A DNA stretch of 35,861 nucleotides from a bacterium (GTDB lineage: Bacteria; Zhuqueibacterota; Zhuqueibacteria; Oceanimicrobiales; Oceanimicrobiaceae), in the NCBI GenBank assembly GCA_046757165.1, contig JBHHXT010000030.1, positions 1-35,861 of the forward strand. The letters run 5' to 3'. How positions within the stretch are numbered: position 1 is the stretch's first letter; each line of letters opens with the position of its first letter. The position numbers were made by a program, and so were the translations under genes. The notes beneath the pieces are model-generated. The model did no database searches, was not told the origin of the DNA, and saw nothing but the letters and a program-made list of their open reading frames with translations. Below are positions 8,877 through 19,335 of the stretch, in pieces.

Positions 8877-11555
8877 TCAAATCGCAAACGAAATCCGCTC
8901 CGCAATGATTCGCCAATAGAGTGGCAAATAGTCAAGCAAAGCATAATGATTGTCATAGTAGTACCCGACGCCTCCGACCATCACCGCGGTCAGCACAAGA
9001 CCCAAAATGGCCGTTTTCAACACCGAGAGCGTCAGAACGACTTTGATCGCGCGAAACAACCGGAGGCCGAACCAGATGAAAAAAAGCGCAAGGAACGCAA
9101 ACGCCAGTGTGGTCCACTGCGTTTGGCTGATGATGCGGTAGTAGATGGGGACAACCGGCAACAACCAGATAAAACTGGCGCCGGCCCAGAAGAGCAGCGT
9201 GGAGAACCTGCCGACAGCCAGGCTGCGGCCGAGCATCAACGCGGCGAGCTTGAGCAGAAAAGCGACTAACCCAAAGATCAGATAGAAACCACCCATGAGC
9301 ACAAGAATAGAGATGGCCGGATGCCAGATCAGCCAGATCAGTTTCAATTTCAAGCCATCTGACACGACGACCAAATTCAGAGCCTCGTTGACCAGGGAGT
9401 TCTCTCGAAAGTTGAAGGCAATGCTCGAGACGATGACGGCCAGGCTTGCCGTGGTGATCAAGCTCAATAGAAATGTATGCGCGGCCGAGACCTTACGGTT
9501 TTCCTTCAACTCAATGTAGAACCCGTGTGGGTGAAAGAAAATGCGACGCAGACTGGCCCGCAATCTCCGGCTCCGGTTGAAGTTGAACAAGAACACCAGA
9601 ATTAAGCCGAGACCAGCGACTGGATAGACGTTTGGACTTGGGGCTTCCGGCAACCGTATGGACATCTTCCGGGTTTGGTTCTCCTTAAAAAAAGACTCAA
9701 CAATCTCATAGGCAACACGCTGTTGGTGATCGAGAGCCACGATGCCGGAGCGGTTCAAGTTGCGGTTCTCCGGCACCCCAAAAGACAGGTTGGGAAGCGA
9801 TTCCGGCCAATCAAACAAGGTGTGAATAAAGGTGCCGGCGACCTCTTCTTGTGTCGAGACATCGAGTAAGGCACGGTTCAGCTTGTAAGCCTGCACCTCC
9901 TGTGCTGCAATGGCATCCCGGCTGGAATCTTGCGATGCAGCGCCCCCCCCTCCGAAGATTGTTCGATCTCCCGCTGGCAGATAAAGCGGAAACCCGAAAG
10001 CGAACATTGCGGCGTCCTCCTCACGGTCAAAGCCGTCCAGATCGTCAAACCGCGATAGAGGGGGCTGTTCCCGGCCAAAGACGTTGAGCAAAACCAGGTC
10101 GATGTCCCGGGGGATGTGAGGTGTGAGAAACCGGTAGGCAGCATAGAGTGGCCGCGTGCTATGTTCGTCACAAAACTGCTTCAGTTTCCGGGTCAACGCC
10201 CTGGCCGGCGGTGACTCCAGGGGCAGGTCGGTACCCAGACCCCAGGCAGCGATGCTGGCATGATGGGCATGCCACTCGACCATCTCCTGGAAATAGTTGG
10301 AGACCATCTCCTCAAAGACCGGGTCGGACAAGCGCGCCTCCGGCAGCAAAGACATTGGCAATTCCATCAATACCAGAAGCCCAAACCGGTCGCAGGCATC
10401 CAGGAAATAGGGATGTGGCGGGGTTCCAACCACACGCACTGCGTTGGCGCCCAATTTCTTAATGGCCCTGACATTCTCTTCCATCGTCAGAAAGCCGGCG
10501 GCCGGTCCTGCGCCGGCATAATCTTCGTACCAGTCAACACCGAGCAAGCGAACGGCCTCGCCATTCAGCACCACCTGGCGGTCCGCAACCGTCAGATGAT
10601 TCAGCCCGATCTGCAGTGACTTTTCATCGACAACCTCACGATTGCGGCTGATAATCGCCTTGAACCTGTACAGAACTGGCTTATCCGGGGTCCACAATTC
10701 ACCCTGTGTCAGGTCGAGGGAGATTTCCCTTGATAGGGTTCGCTTGTCCAGGTGTAATGACTCGGGAGTCGAAGCTGCAAGCAACTTCTGCTCACTCGGC
10801 TGCCACAATTCCACGTGAAATGTCAGGGCATCAAGTTCATCATCTTCATCTACAGCCACATCGCTCTTCTTGAACAAGATGCGGCTGCGCAACTGGCAGG
10901 AGGCAAAATCCTCGCTGAAGCCGGGCGTGAGGCGAATTTTCTTGATAGCGACTCGCGGAATGGCAAGAAGAAAAATATCCCGAAAAATTCCGCCGTAGCC
11001 TTTTGAGATCCCGGGATGGTGTTTGAGCGGGAGACTGCTTCGTGGCAGCAACGTGTTGTCGACCTCGATCCTGAGCTCATTCGGGACGGCGAAGTCCAGC
11101 TTTTCAGGAGGCAGCTCGATGGAAAACGGGGTGTGCCCGACCACATGGCTGATGATGAATTCGCCGTTCAGAAAGATCTTGCAGCGGTTGTTGATGCCGA
11201 GCGCCACCAGGGACAACAATTGGCTTGCAAAAGTCGAGTCCAGCTCAAAGGTGCGCTTGAACTCAATCTCGCCCTGAAAACTATACGCGCCCGGAACCTG
11301 CACCGTCACGAACTCACTCTCCCCGGAAATGGATCTGGCCTGCCAGGCGCCATTCAAGCTCAGCACCTTTTGCGTCCTGCTGCCAAATTGACGGGAAAGA
11401 AAGGTGGAATCCGCTTCGCTCCTGGCCCGCGACAAATAGTGCTGTCCCAAATCGTCTTTAGCAGCCTGTGCATCGTCACCACCACAAGCAAAACTGAGTG
11501 CCAGCAGGCAGAGTCCAAGACGGCCAACTTGTCTGGAGGAGATCCTTAAAGCCAT
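8877..11555 (-). CDS. GH2-like (beta-galactosidase/glucuronidase fold) protein with C-terminal multi-TM domain; catalytic motifs degenerate
   Basis: SLNGAW, FLNGE...H..GHTPF, YGGIFRDI, LWTPDKPVLY, LGANAVR, FLDACDRFGLLV; N-terminal lipobox-like SFAC; several C-terminal TM helices. Confidence 0.8.
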   Translation of the reverse strand: MALRISSRQVGRLGLCLLALSFACGGDDAQAAKDDLGQHYLSRARSEADSTFLSRQFGSRTQKVLSLNGAWQARSISGESEFVTVQVPGAYSFQGEIEFKRTFELDSTFASQLLSLVALGINNRCKIFLNGEFIISHVVGHTPFSIELPPEKLDFAVPNELRIEVDNTLLPRSSLPLKHHPGISKGYGGIFRDIFLLAIPRVAIKKIRLTPGFSEDFASCQLRSRILFKKSDVAVDEDDELDALTFHVELWQPSEQKLLAASTPESLHLDKRTLSREISLDLTQGELWTPDKPVLYRFKAIISRNREVVDEKSLQIGLNHLTVADRQVVLNGEAVRLLGVDWYEDYAGAGPAAGFLTMEENVRAIKKLGANAVRVVGTPPHPYFLDACDRFGLLVLMELPMSLLPEARLSDPVFEEMVSNYFQEMVEWHAHHASIAAWGLGTDLPLESPPARALTRKLKQFCDEHSTRPLYAAYRFLTPHIPRDIDLVLLNVFGREQPPLSRFDDLDGFDREEDAAMFAFGFPLYLPAGDRTIFGGGGAASQDSSRDAIAAQEVQAYKLNRALLDVSTQEEVAGTFIHTLFDWPESLPNLSFGVPENRNLNRSGIVALDHQQRVAYEIVESFFKENQTRKMSIRLPEAPSPNVYPVAGLGLILVFLFNFNRSRRLRASLRRIFFHPHGFYIELKENRKVSAAHTFLLSLITTASLAVIVSSIAFNFRENSLVNEALNLVVVSDGLKLKLIWLIWHPAISILVLMGGFYLIFGLVAFLLKLAALMLGRSLAVGRFSTLLFWAGASFIWLLPVVPIYYRIISQTQWTTLAFAFLALFFIWFGLRLFRAIKVVLTLSVLKTAILGLVLTAVMVGGVGYYYDNHYALLDYLPLYWRIIAERISFAI

Positions 11556-11718
11556 TCTCGATTCGTCCTTGTTGGAAGCAACTCAATGTAGCAAATTATC
11601 TCGCAAAATCAAGCGTAAATCCCGCAAGGAAAAATTATGCTTTACTTTTTTGTCATAGTTTGTTACCATTATGCTCACTCTCCGTTATGACAAGTCAAAT
11701 CAAATCTTCAAGGTCATT

Positions 11719-13704
11719 ATGAAACCCAAATCTCACCTCCTGGCAGGTCCGGTATTGTTGTTCGTCTCATTCCTGATTTTGGCGCCCGTCACCGGCGCCT
11801 CAGCGCAATCATCCGCATCGATTTCAGAACTGAGCGCAAAGGCGCTCGAGCTGGAAGTGCCAAAGATCGTGTTACGAGGTGTAGACTTTGGGCTCACAGT
11901 GCAAGCCGTCGATGCAGAAGGCGCCGTGGTCAAGTCTTATTCGGATTCGGTAAGAGTGACAGGGATTTCCATCCGAGACACGCTCGGCCTGCACGCGCCG
12001 CCAACCTATTTTCAACTGCACCATGGGCGCCTGGCCATCCCGAACGCGGTCCTGAACCAGACCGGCGGGCAGGCCGTCTCCGTGTTCTCCGGCACCCTGA
12101 AGGCGCACCGCACGGTCCGGGTGATCCCGGGGATCTTGAGCTTGATGCCACCGTTGATTGCGATTGCCCTGGCTTTCCTGACCCGGCAGACGCTCATCTC
12201 GCTCTTTTCCGGCATCTGGCTTGGCGCGTTGTTCATTTACCAGTACAACCCGCTCTCCGGGTTCATGAGGACCCTGGACACCTATCTCATCAACGCGCTG
12301 GCAGATGGGGACCATGCCGCCATCTTGCTCTTCAGCTTGACCTTGGGGGGAATGGTGGGTGTAATTTCGAAAGCCGGCGGCATGGAAGGGATTGTCGAGA
12401 AGCTATCGAAGTATGCAAATCATCCGCGTGGCGGCCAGCTCGCGACCTGGCTCATGGGGGTGTTGATTTTTTTCGATGATTACGCCAACACGCTTATCGT
12501 CGGCAATACCATGCGGCCCTTTACAGACCGCTTGCGAATTTCTCGCGAGAAATTATCCTACATCGTGGATTCCACGGCGGCACCGGTGGCGTCCATTGCG
12601 CTGGTCTCGACCTGGATTGGCTTTCAGGTCGGGTTGATCGACCAGGCGCTTGGCACGATTGGCCTGAATCAAGACGCCTACAGTGTGTTCTTCTATTCGA
12701 TTCCATACGCCTCCTACAGCATTCTCGCCCTCGTGTTCGTGCTGCTCATCGGCATCTCCCTGCGCGATTTCGGTCCGATGAGGCGTGCCGAGCTGCGCGC
12801 ATCACAGCATGGCAAGGTCTTACGCGACGGCGCCCAGCCCATCGCTGACAGCACAGAGTTAGGCCTGGCCGACGCGGGCACGCCACTGCGGTGGTACAAC
12901 GCGCTCCTCCCCATCTCAATCGTGATCCTGGTCACACTGGTTGGTTTGTACACCACAGGAACGGACGCACTTGGCGCCGAGGCCCGGGATGCAAGCCTCG
13001 GAGAAATCTTCGGCAAAGCAAACTCGTTCCATGCCTTGATGTGGGCAGCATTTTCAGGACTCCTGGTCGCGAGTCTCGCCGCCCTCAGCCAGCGAATTCT
13101 GACCCTGAACCAGACCTTGACTGCGGCCCTCAGTGGCTACAAATCCATGATGCTGGCCGCGATGATTCTCATTCTCGCCTGGGCCATCGGCACCATTTGC
13201 AAAGATTTGCACACGGCGGATTATGTCATCGCGGCCAGCCAGGGCCTTCTCTCGCCGCACCTGGTGCCCGTTTTGACCTTTCTGGTGGCAGCGTTCATCA
13301 GCTTTTCCACCGGTTCGTCGTGGGCGACCATGGCCATTTTGACCCCCATCGTGGTCCCGATCGCGTACGAACTGCCGCTGGAGGCGAGTCTCAGCGCCAG
13401 CTTGAGCAATGAAATCCTGATCGGCACCGTGGGCGCCATCCTGTCCGGCTCTGTTCTCGGTGACCACTGCTCGCCCATCTCCGACACCACCATCTTATCC
13501 TCGATGGCCACAGCCGCAGACCACGTCGACCACGTGCGCACGCAAATGCCCTACGCCATCGTGGTTGGAGTAGTGGCCTGTTTGACCGGCTACCTCCCGA
13601 ACGGCTGGGGCCTCCATCCCCTCTTTTCGCTGCTGCTGGGGACGGCGATCCTGGTGACCATTGTTTACACGGTTGGGAAGAGATCTGTCTTCGGGAAAAG
13701 CTGA
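11719..13704 (+). CDS. Na+/H+ antiporter NhaC-family protein with N-terminal extracytoplasmic domain
   Basis: FFDDYAN, SREKLSYIVDSTAAPV, FSTGSSW, GDHCSPISDTTILSS, DHVRTQMPYA; start taken at MKPK (ORF extends to 11671). Confidence 0.88.
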   Translation: MKPKSHLLAGPVLLFVSFLILAPVTGASAQSSASISELSAKALELEVPKIVLRGVDFGLTVQAVDAEGAVVKSYSDSVRVTGISIRDTLGLHAPPTYFQLHHGRLAIPNAVLNQTGGQAVSVFSGTLKAHRTVRVIPGILSLMPPLIAIALAFLTRQTLISLFSGIWLGALFIYQYNPLSGFMRTLDTYLINALADGDHAAILLFSLTLGGMVGVISKAGGMEGIVEKLSKYANHPRGGQLATWLMGVLIFFDDYANTLIVGNTMRPFTDRLRISREKLSYIVDSTAAPVASIALVSTWIGFQVGLIDQALGTIGLNQDAYSVFFYSIPYASYSILALVFVLLIGISLRDFGPMRRAELRASQHGKVLRDGAQPIADSTELGLADAGTPLRWYNALLPISIVILVTLVGLYTTGTDALGAEARDASLGEIFGKANSFHALMWAAFSGLLVASLAALSQRILTLNQTLTAALSGYKSMMLAAMILILAWAIGTICKDLHTADYVIAASQGLLSPHLVPVLTFLVAAFISFSTGSSWATMAILTPIVVPIAYELPLEASLSASLSNEILIGTVGAILSGSVLGDHCSPISDTTILSSMATAADHVDHVRTQMPYAIVVGVVACLTGYLPNGWGLHPLFSLLLGTAILVTIVYTVGKRSVFGKS

Positions 13705-13726
13705 AGGAGGGGCGTGGGGAGGGGTT

Positions 13727-13808
13727 AAAATCGAAAATCGTAGATCGTATATTTCTATTTCGTTCTGAAGTTTGATTTACGATATGCGATTTACGATTTA
13801 CGATCTAC
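13727..13808. repeat. Inverted heptamer array between convergent genes
   Basis: AAAATCG AAAATCG TAGATCG (13727-13747) facing GATTTAC GATATGC GATTTAC GATTTAC GATCTAC (13774-13808). Confidence 0.75.
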
Positions 13809-14337
13809 GGTCGGCGGGCCTGAAGGCATTCCCTTGCTGGTAGAGCTTGTTGTACCCGACATAGCGGTCGGCGGAGCGTTCAATGCTTCGGATCTCATCT
13901 GCGGAAAGCGTCCGTTTGACCACTGCGGGCACACCAGCCACCAGTGAATGTTTTGGAATTTTGTCTCCCTCCCGGACTAACGAACCGGCAGCCACCAGGC
14001 TGAACTCCCCGATTCTTGCGCCATCGAGCACACGCGCGCCCATCCCGATCAAGCAGTGGTCCTCGATCGTACAGCCATGCAAAATAGCGCCATGGCCGAC
14101 CGTCACGTTGCTGCCGATGTGTAGCGGCCACACCTGTATGCTGACATGCAGCACACACCCATCCTGAATGTTGGTCCGCGCTCCGATCTTGATGTAGTTG
14201 ACGTCGCCGCGCAAGACGGCGTTGAACCAGATGCTGGCATGCTCCCCGATTTCCACATCTCCGATGACGGTCGCATTCGGAGCCACGAAGACGGATTTCG
14301 GAATCACGGGCGTTTTGCCCTGATAAGTGTAAGTCAT
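13798..14337 (-). CDS. Gamma-carbonic anhydrase family protein (YrdA/CaiE-like)
   Basis: Hexapeptide repeats, VLRGD, TNIQDGCVLH, TVGHGAILHGC; start at MTYTY after an AGGGG SD. Confidence 0.92.
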   Translation of the reverse strand: MTYTYQGKTPVIPKSVFVAPNATVIGDVEIGEHASIWFNAVLRGDVNYIKIGARTNIQDGCVLHVSIQVWPLHIGSNVTVGHGAILHGCTIEDHCLIGMGARVLDGARIGEFSLVAAGSLVREGDKIPKHSLVAGVPAVVKRTLSADEIRSIERSADRYVGYNKLYQQGNAFRPADRRS

Positions 14338-14405
14338 GATCCCCTGATGGTTGGAGTTGTTCAAGTTGCTCGTCCTTTTCCTGCAAGATGATAACAAACA
14401 CTGTT

Positions 14406-15341
14406 CTACAAGTCATTCGCTGTGGAGACCGCTCGCAGAATCGCCCTCGCCACCACCTCCACCGCCGCGGACCCGATACTCAGAGTCTCCCCTGCTTTCT
14501 CGCCAACAGACAAGCCGACAATCAAATCGCCATCAAACGGCGTGTGTGCCGGCCGGATGACTCTGGCAAAGCCATCCTGCGCCATTTGGGCCACCTTCGT
14601 AATCTCCTCCCTGGACAATCGGGCATCCGTCGCCACTACGGCCAGCGTGGTATTGGTGCCGGCCTTAATGCCGGCAACCGTGTGGGATTTCAGGTAGTGT
14701 TCCGCGTCGACGAAGTCACCGCTTTCTGGATTTCTTGCGCCGGCGATGATTGCACTGTTTTGCGCATCGACGATATCTCCCATGGCGTTGACGACAACCA
14801 GCGCGCCCACAAAGAGATCACCCAGCCGGTCGCAAGCCGTGCCGACTCCCCCCTTCATGCAATTCCGGGGGCCCAGCACTTTGCCCACCGTCGCGCCTCT
14901 GCCCGCCCCGACTCTTCCTTCCAGCGGACGGTCGGCTGAAGCATTGCCTGCCGCCTCATAACCCATTTGCTTGTCAGGCCGCACCTTTGCATCCCCTTCG
15001 TACAAATCGAAAACAACTGCCGTCGGGACAATCGGTACCGGCACGACGCCGGTATCGAAGCCGAGACCCCGCTCCTCGAGGTATTGGAGAACGCCGCCGG
15101 TGGCGTCCAGGCCAAACGCGCTTCCGCCGGTAAACAAGACGGCGTCAATTCTGGGCACCAGTCGGACCAGTTTGATGGTTTCGATGTCGCGTGTGCCCGG
15201 AGCAGAGCCACGAATGTCCACCCCTGCAACCGCTCCGCCGACCGGCAAAACGATCGTGCAGCCGGTCCTGGCCTCATCATTTTGAGCATGCCCAACCCGA
15301 ATTCCGGGTACATCGCAAATGGATTGCGGCTGAAGGACCAT
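14406..15341 (-). CDS. P1 family peptidase (DmpA/S58-like)
   Basis: DVPGIRVGH, TGCT, RGSAPGTR, TGGSAFGL, GAGRGATVGK, NTTLAVVATDA, PAHTPFDGD. Confidence 0.92.
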   Translation of the reverse strand: MVLQPQSICDVPGIRVGHAQNDEARTGCTIVLPVGGAVAGVDIRGSAPGTRDIETIKLVRLVPRIDAVLFTGGSAFGLDATGGVLQYLEERGLGFDTGVVPVPIVPTAVVFDLYEGDAKVRPDKQMGYEAAGNASADRPLEGRVGAGRGATVGKVLGPRNCMKGGVGTACDRLGDLFVGALVVVNAMGDIVDAQNSAIIAGARNPESGDFVDAEHYLKSHTVAGIKAGTNTTLAVVATDARLSREEITKVAQMAQDGFARVIRPAHTPFDGDLIVGLSVGEKAGETLSIGSAAVEVVARAILRAVSTANDL

Positions 15342-15350
15342 CGGTCACAT

Positions 15351-16511
15351 CTAGTGGTTATTCTTCTCTGAATGAGAGCGGAAAAAATGAAATCGTCTTA
15401 CCAGGGGGATCTTCTTGGAAGGAACTTCAACGATCAAACTGCTATCGTTGAAAAAGAACAGGTCGCCCAGCATGAGGCCGATAGAACGCCGGAGAGGCTT
15501 CCAGTTGTCGCGGTAGGCACGCGAGTCGACTTTGGTTCCGTCTCGCCCTTTGCTCACCAGCCTCACCCGCTGCGGGTACTCCCGATTGATCATGAACGGC
15601 GAATGTGTGGTATAGACGAGCTGATTCTTAATCGCGAGATCTTCCATGACTTTTGTCAAATCCTTCTGCCCTGCAGGATGCAGATGAATTCCGGGCTCGT
15701 CCAGCAGAAAAAAATACTCGTTCGCTTTTGCCTCGAACGTTTGTGCGATGAAATTGATGTAAAACGACAGATACCAGCGAAATCCGAGACTGCGGGATTC
15801 CGGCGTATCATAGACCGTGGTGCCATCCGAAATATCGATGTAGAGAACTTTGCCGTTGACATTCAGCTTGATTTCGATCGTAGGTTCTTGCGACCAAACA
15901 CGGCGTATCTGCTGAGTGATCAACCGGCTTGCCTCTTCACTGGCCCGCCGCCCGCGCGTTGAATCTTCGAAAATCAATTCAAAGTTGTTTTGCAGCCCGC
16001 CGATCTTCAACAGATTGCGTTCGGTTGCATGGTTCTTGTCGCCGTTGATCAGCGTATTCAGGTCCACTCTATTCTTGATGAGCGAGATATTGTCGAAATA
16101 CAAGAGCTTGGGCAGGTAATCCAGGAGTCTCTTCATATTGGAGACCTGAATTTCCTCATTATTGACAACCACGTGGTAATTGGAAAGCTCCGGGCCATTC
16201 TTGACCACGGAGAACCGGTCGACATCTTTGAAGACTTCAGAGACGGGCAGGAGCATTCTTCGATTTTCCCTGGAAAGGTTGGAAAACTCGAGCGTGATCT
16301 CGGGACATTTCCCCTGGTAATAGTAGTCGGAATACTGGCAGGTCAGGCTATTCGAGAAGGGCGCGCCAGGCTTAAAGGCCTCGATGGCGCGCAGGGTATT
16401 GGTCTTGCCGCTCTCGTTTGCACCAATCATAACCGTGACTTTCGGGTCGATGGGCAGGCTGAACTCAAAAATAGATTTGAACGCCTTGACGTGTATTCTC
16501 GAGATTAACAT
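15351..16511 (-). CDS. OLD/AAA_15-like ABC-type ATPase lacking the TOPRIM nuclease domain
   Basis: FKSI, Walker A GANESGKT, SLGFRWYLSF, LLDEPGIHLHP, YTTHSPFMI; ends shortly after LIVEV. Confidence 0.8.
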   Translation of the reverse strand: MLISRIHVKAFKSIFEFSLPIDPKVTVMIGANESGKTNTLRAIEAFKPGAPFSNSLTCQYSDYYYQGKCPEITLEFSNLSRENRRMLLPVSEVFKDVDRFSVVKNGPELSNYHVVVNNEEIQVSNMKRLLDYLPKLLYFDNISLIKNRVDLNTLINGDKNHATERNLLKIGGLQNNFELIFEDSTRGRRASEEASRLITQQIRRVWSQEPTIEIKLNVNGKVLYIDISDGTTVYDTPESRSLGFRWYLSFYINFIAQTFEAKANEYFFLLDEPGIHLHPAGQKDLTKVMEDLAIKNQLVYTTHSPFMINREYPQRVRLVSKGRDGTKVDSRAYRDNWKPLRRSIGLMLGDLFFFNDSSLIVEVPSKKIPLVRRFHFFRSHSEKNNH

Positions 16512-16581
16512 ATAGAATTAAGTCGCGGTATTAGTGGGAAAAACGATAGCCAGTCATCATAATTGCCCCAAAAAGTGGCTA

Positions 16582-16611
16582 AATATACGCATGAAACAAA
16601 GTTCAAGTCAA
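16582..16611 (-). promoter_or_regulatory. Sigma70-type promoter for the ATPase-peptidase-gamma-CA unit
   Basis: Minus strand TTGACT-N18-TATATT. Confidence 0.5.
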
Positions 16612-16681
16612 GAGAAATCTTCGTGGATATCGCAAGTCGCTGCAGGCAATGCAAAAAGATGTGCGAACCCAGGGATGGAGC

Positions 16682-16716
16682 AAATAACCCGGAAACGACC
16701 CACAGGTCTCCGGGTT
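16682..16716 (-). terminator. Probable intrinsic terminator after clpC
   Basis: Minus strand AACCCGGAGACC-TGTG-GGTC(GTT)TCCGGGTT followed by ATTT, 30 nt after the stop; U-tract is short. Confidence 0.5.
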
Positions 16717-16745
16717 TGACTCAAGATTGGTTTGCAGAATCAGGC

Positions 16746-19256
16746 CTAGCTTTCAATTTCCTCCGGCCTGGATTTTTGTTTGTCGTTGTCGCCGTTCTTA
16801 CTGGCTTTTCCCTGTTGGGTTTTTGTGGTTTTGCGGCTGGCCTCGGTGAATTCCAGGATGTCTCCTTTCTTCTTGACCATGATATTGCTGCCATCGCTGA
16901 ACTTACCCCGCAGAATCTCCTCCGCTATCGGATCTTCGATATGTTTCTGGATCGTTCGCCGCAACGGCCGGGCCCCATAAACCGGGTCGAAGCCATGCTC
17001 GACGACGAATTCTTTGGCGCCCTTGGTCAACTCGATTCTGATTTCGCGGTCCTGCACCTTGCTCAGCATTTCCTCGATCACGATGTCAACGATTTGTATC
17101 ATGTGCTCTCTTTTCAGCGGCCGGAAGACGACCGTTTCATCGACCCGGTTCAGGAATTCCGGGTTGAAGATACGTTTCACCTCATCCATAATCTTGTTGC
17201 TCATGCTCTCATAGTCGGTCGTGTCCGAGTCAAACGCAAATCCGATGCCGCCGCCTTTCTTGATATCGCGCGCACCGATGTTTGAAGTCATGATGAGGAT
17301 GGTATTCTTGAAATCGACCTTGCGCCCGAGGCCATCGGTCAGCTGGCCGTCGTCCAGAATCTGCAGCAGAATGTTGAACACATCTGGATGTGCTTTTTCG
17401 ATCTCATCGAACAGAACGACGGAATAGGGGTGGCGCCGAACCTTTTCGGTCAACTGGCCGCCTTCCTCGTAGCCAACGTAGCCCGGAGGCGCGCCGGTCA
17501 AGCGGGACACCGAGAACTTCTCCATGTACTCGGACATGTCCAGTCTGATCAGGGCCTCTTCGTCTTCAAACAAGTAGCGCGAGAGCACCTTGGCCAGCTG
17601 TGTTTTGCCGACGCCGGTTGGGCCAAGGAAAATAAATGAGCCGATGGGCCGGTTGGGATCTTTGAGCCCGGCACGCGTCCTGCGAATGGCCTTGCTGAGC
17701 AAGTGAATGGTCTCCTCCTGGCCGATAATTGATTTCGTGAGCTCTTTTTCCATCTCGAGAATTTTTTCGGACTCAGACTTCGCGACCCGTTGCACCGGGA
17801 TACCGGTCATCATGGCCACGACTTCTGCAACGTCATCTTCGCTGACGGTGGCCAGGAACTCATCTTCGGAATCTTTCCAGCGCCGTTTGGCGGCGTCTAA
17901 CTTGCGATTGAGCCTTTTTTCCTGGTCCCGCAACACCGCAGCGCGCTCAAACTCCTGCGCCTTGATGACCGCATCCTTCTCCCGTCGCACTTTCTTGATA
18001 TCATCTTCCAGATCTGTGATTTCCTTCGGCACGACGATGTTGGCGAGATGGACTCGTGCGCCCGTCTCGTCCAAGACGTCGATCGCTTTGTCCGGCAGGT
18101 AGCGGTCGGAGATGTACCGTTCGGAGAGCTTGACCGTCGCTTTGATGGCCTCATCATCAAATCTGACTTTGTGATGCTGTTCATAGCGCTCTTTGAGCCC
18201 CTGCAAGATCAACAGCGTTTCTTCCGGCGACGGCGGGTCGACCATGATTTTCTGAAACCGGCGTTCCAGGGCGCCATCTTTCTCGATGTGCTGGCGGTAC
18301 TCATCGAGCGTGGTCGCGCCGATGCATTGCAGTTCCCCCCGGGCCAGTGCGGGTTTGAACATGTTTGAAGCATCGAGTGACCCGGAGGCGCCACCCGCAC
18401 CCACAATGGTGTGCAGCTCATCGATAAAAAGGATCACGTCGCGTGCACGTTGCAGCTCGTTCATGATGGCTTTCATGCGCTCTTCAAACTGACCGCGATA
18501 CTTGGTCCCGGCCACGATGGCGCCAAGGTCAAGCGTAACGACGCGTTTGTTGTGCAAAATTCTGGGGACCTTGCGCTCGATAATCCGGAGCGCCAGACCT
18601 TCGGCGATGGCCGTTTTGCCAACGCCGGGTTCGCCGATCAAAACGGGGTTGTTTTTCTTGCGTCGGCTGAGAATCTGCGCCACTCTCTGAATCTCGATAT
18701 CACGACCGATGATGGGGTCCAAATCGCCCTTGCGCGCAAACTCGGTCAAATCGCGCCCGAAGTGGTCCAGCGCCGGTGTTTTCGATTTCTGCTGCGCCGT
18801 ACTTTCGCGGCTGCTCGGCGACCCGCGCAGGATGTTTTCCAGTTCTTCACGAACCGTGTCGTAGGTGACGTCAAAACTGAGCAGCACCTGGGCCGCGACG
18901 CCGTCCTTTTCTTTGACAAGAGCCAAGAGCAGGTGTTCGGTACCGATGATGTCCGATTTGTATTTCTCGGCCTCAACATAAGCCATTTTCAAAATTTTCT
19001 CGGCCCGTTTCGTAAAAGGAATATTGCCGATGGTCATGGTTTCACCAGAGGGCTTGACTGAATCTTCCACCGACCGTTTGATTTCATCCAAATCACACCC
19101 CAGGTTTCGCAAGATTTCAACCGCGATGCCCTCACCCTCTCGTATCAAACCCAAAAGCAAATGTTCGGTGCCGATGTAGTCGTGACCTAATCTCAACGCC
19201 TCTTCTCTAGAGAACTGAATAACCATTTGAACTCGACTAGAGAAATTGTTCTTCAT
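16746..19256 (-). CDS. clpC: ATP-dependent Clp protease ATPase subunit ClpC
   Basis: Two Clp-N repeats (IGTEHLLL), [11 protein letters not shown]-like M domain, [20 protein letters not shown] loop. Confidence 0.96.
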   Translation of the reverse strand: MKNNFSSRVQMVIQFSREEALRLGHDYIGTEHLLLGLIREGEGIAVEILRNLGCDLDEIKRSVEDSVKPSGETMTIGNIPFTKRAEKILKMAYVEAEKYKSDIIGTEHLLLALVKEKDGVAAQVLLSFDVTYDTVREELENILRGSPSSRESTAQQKSKTPALDHFGRDLTEFARKGDLDPIIGRDIEIQRVAQILSRRKKNNPVLIGEPGVGKTAIAEGLALRIIERKVPRILHNKRVVTLDLGAIVAGTKYRGQFEERMKAIMNELQRARDVILFIDELHTIVGAGGASGSLDASNMFKPALARGELQCIGATTLDEYRQHIEKDGALERRFQKIMVDPPSPEETLLILQGLKERYEQHHKVRFDDEAIKATVKLSERYISDRYLPDKAIDVLDETGARVHLANIVVPKEITDLEDDIKKVRREKDAVIKAQEFERAAVLRDQEKRLNRKLDAAKRRWKDSEDEFLATVSEDDVAEVVAMMTGIPVQRVAKSESEKILEMEKELTKSIIGQEETIHLLSKAIRRTRAGLKDPNRPIGSFIFLGPTGVGKTQLAKVLSRYLFEDEEALIRLDMSEYMEKFSVSRLTGAPPGYVGYEEGGQLTEKVRRHPYSVVLFDEIEKAHPDVFNILLQILDDGQLTDGLGRKVDFKNTILIMTSNIGARDIKKGGGIGFAFDSDTTDYESMSNKIMDEVKRIFNPEFLNRVDETVVFRPLKREHMIQIVDIVIEEMLSKVQDREIRIELTKGAKEFVVEHGFDPVYGARPLRRTIQKHIEDPIAEEILRGKFSDGSNIMVKKKGDILEFTEASRKTTKTQQGKASKNGDNDKQKSRPEEIES

Positions 19257-19335
19257 CTCGCTGACTCCATTTGTAAAGTTCTGGTGTTTTCACTAGTTGA
19301 AAACAAAAATGTCGACATGGGTCTTCCAATATAAA

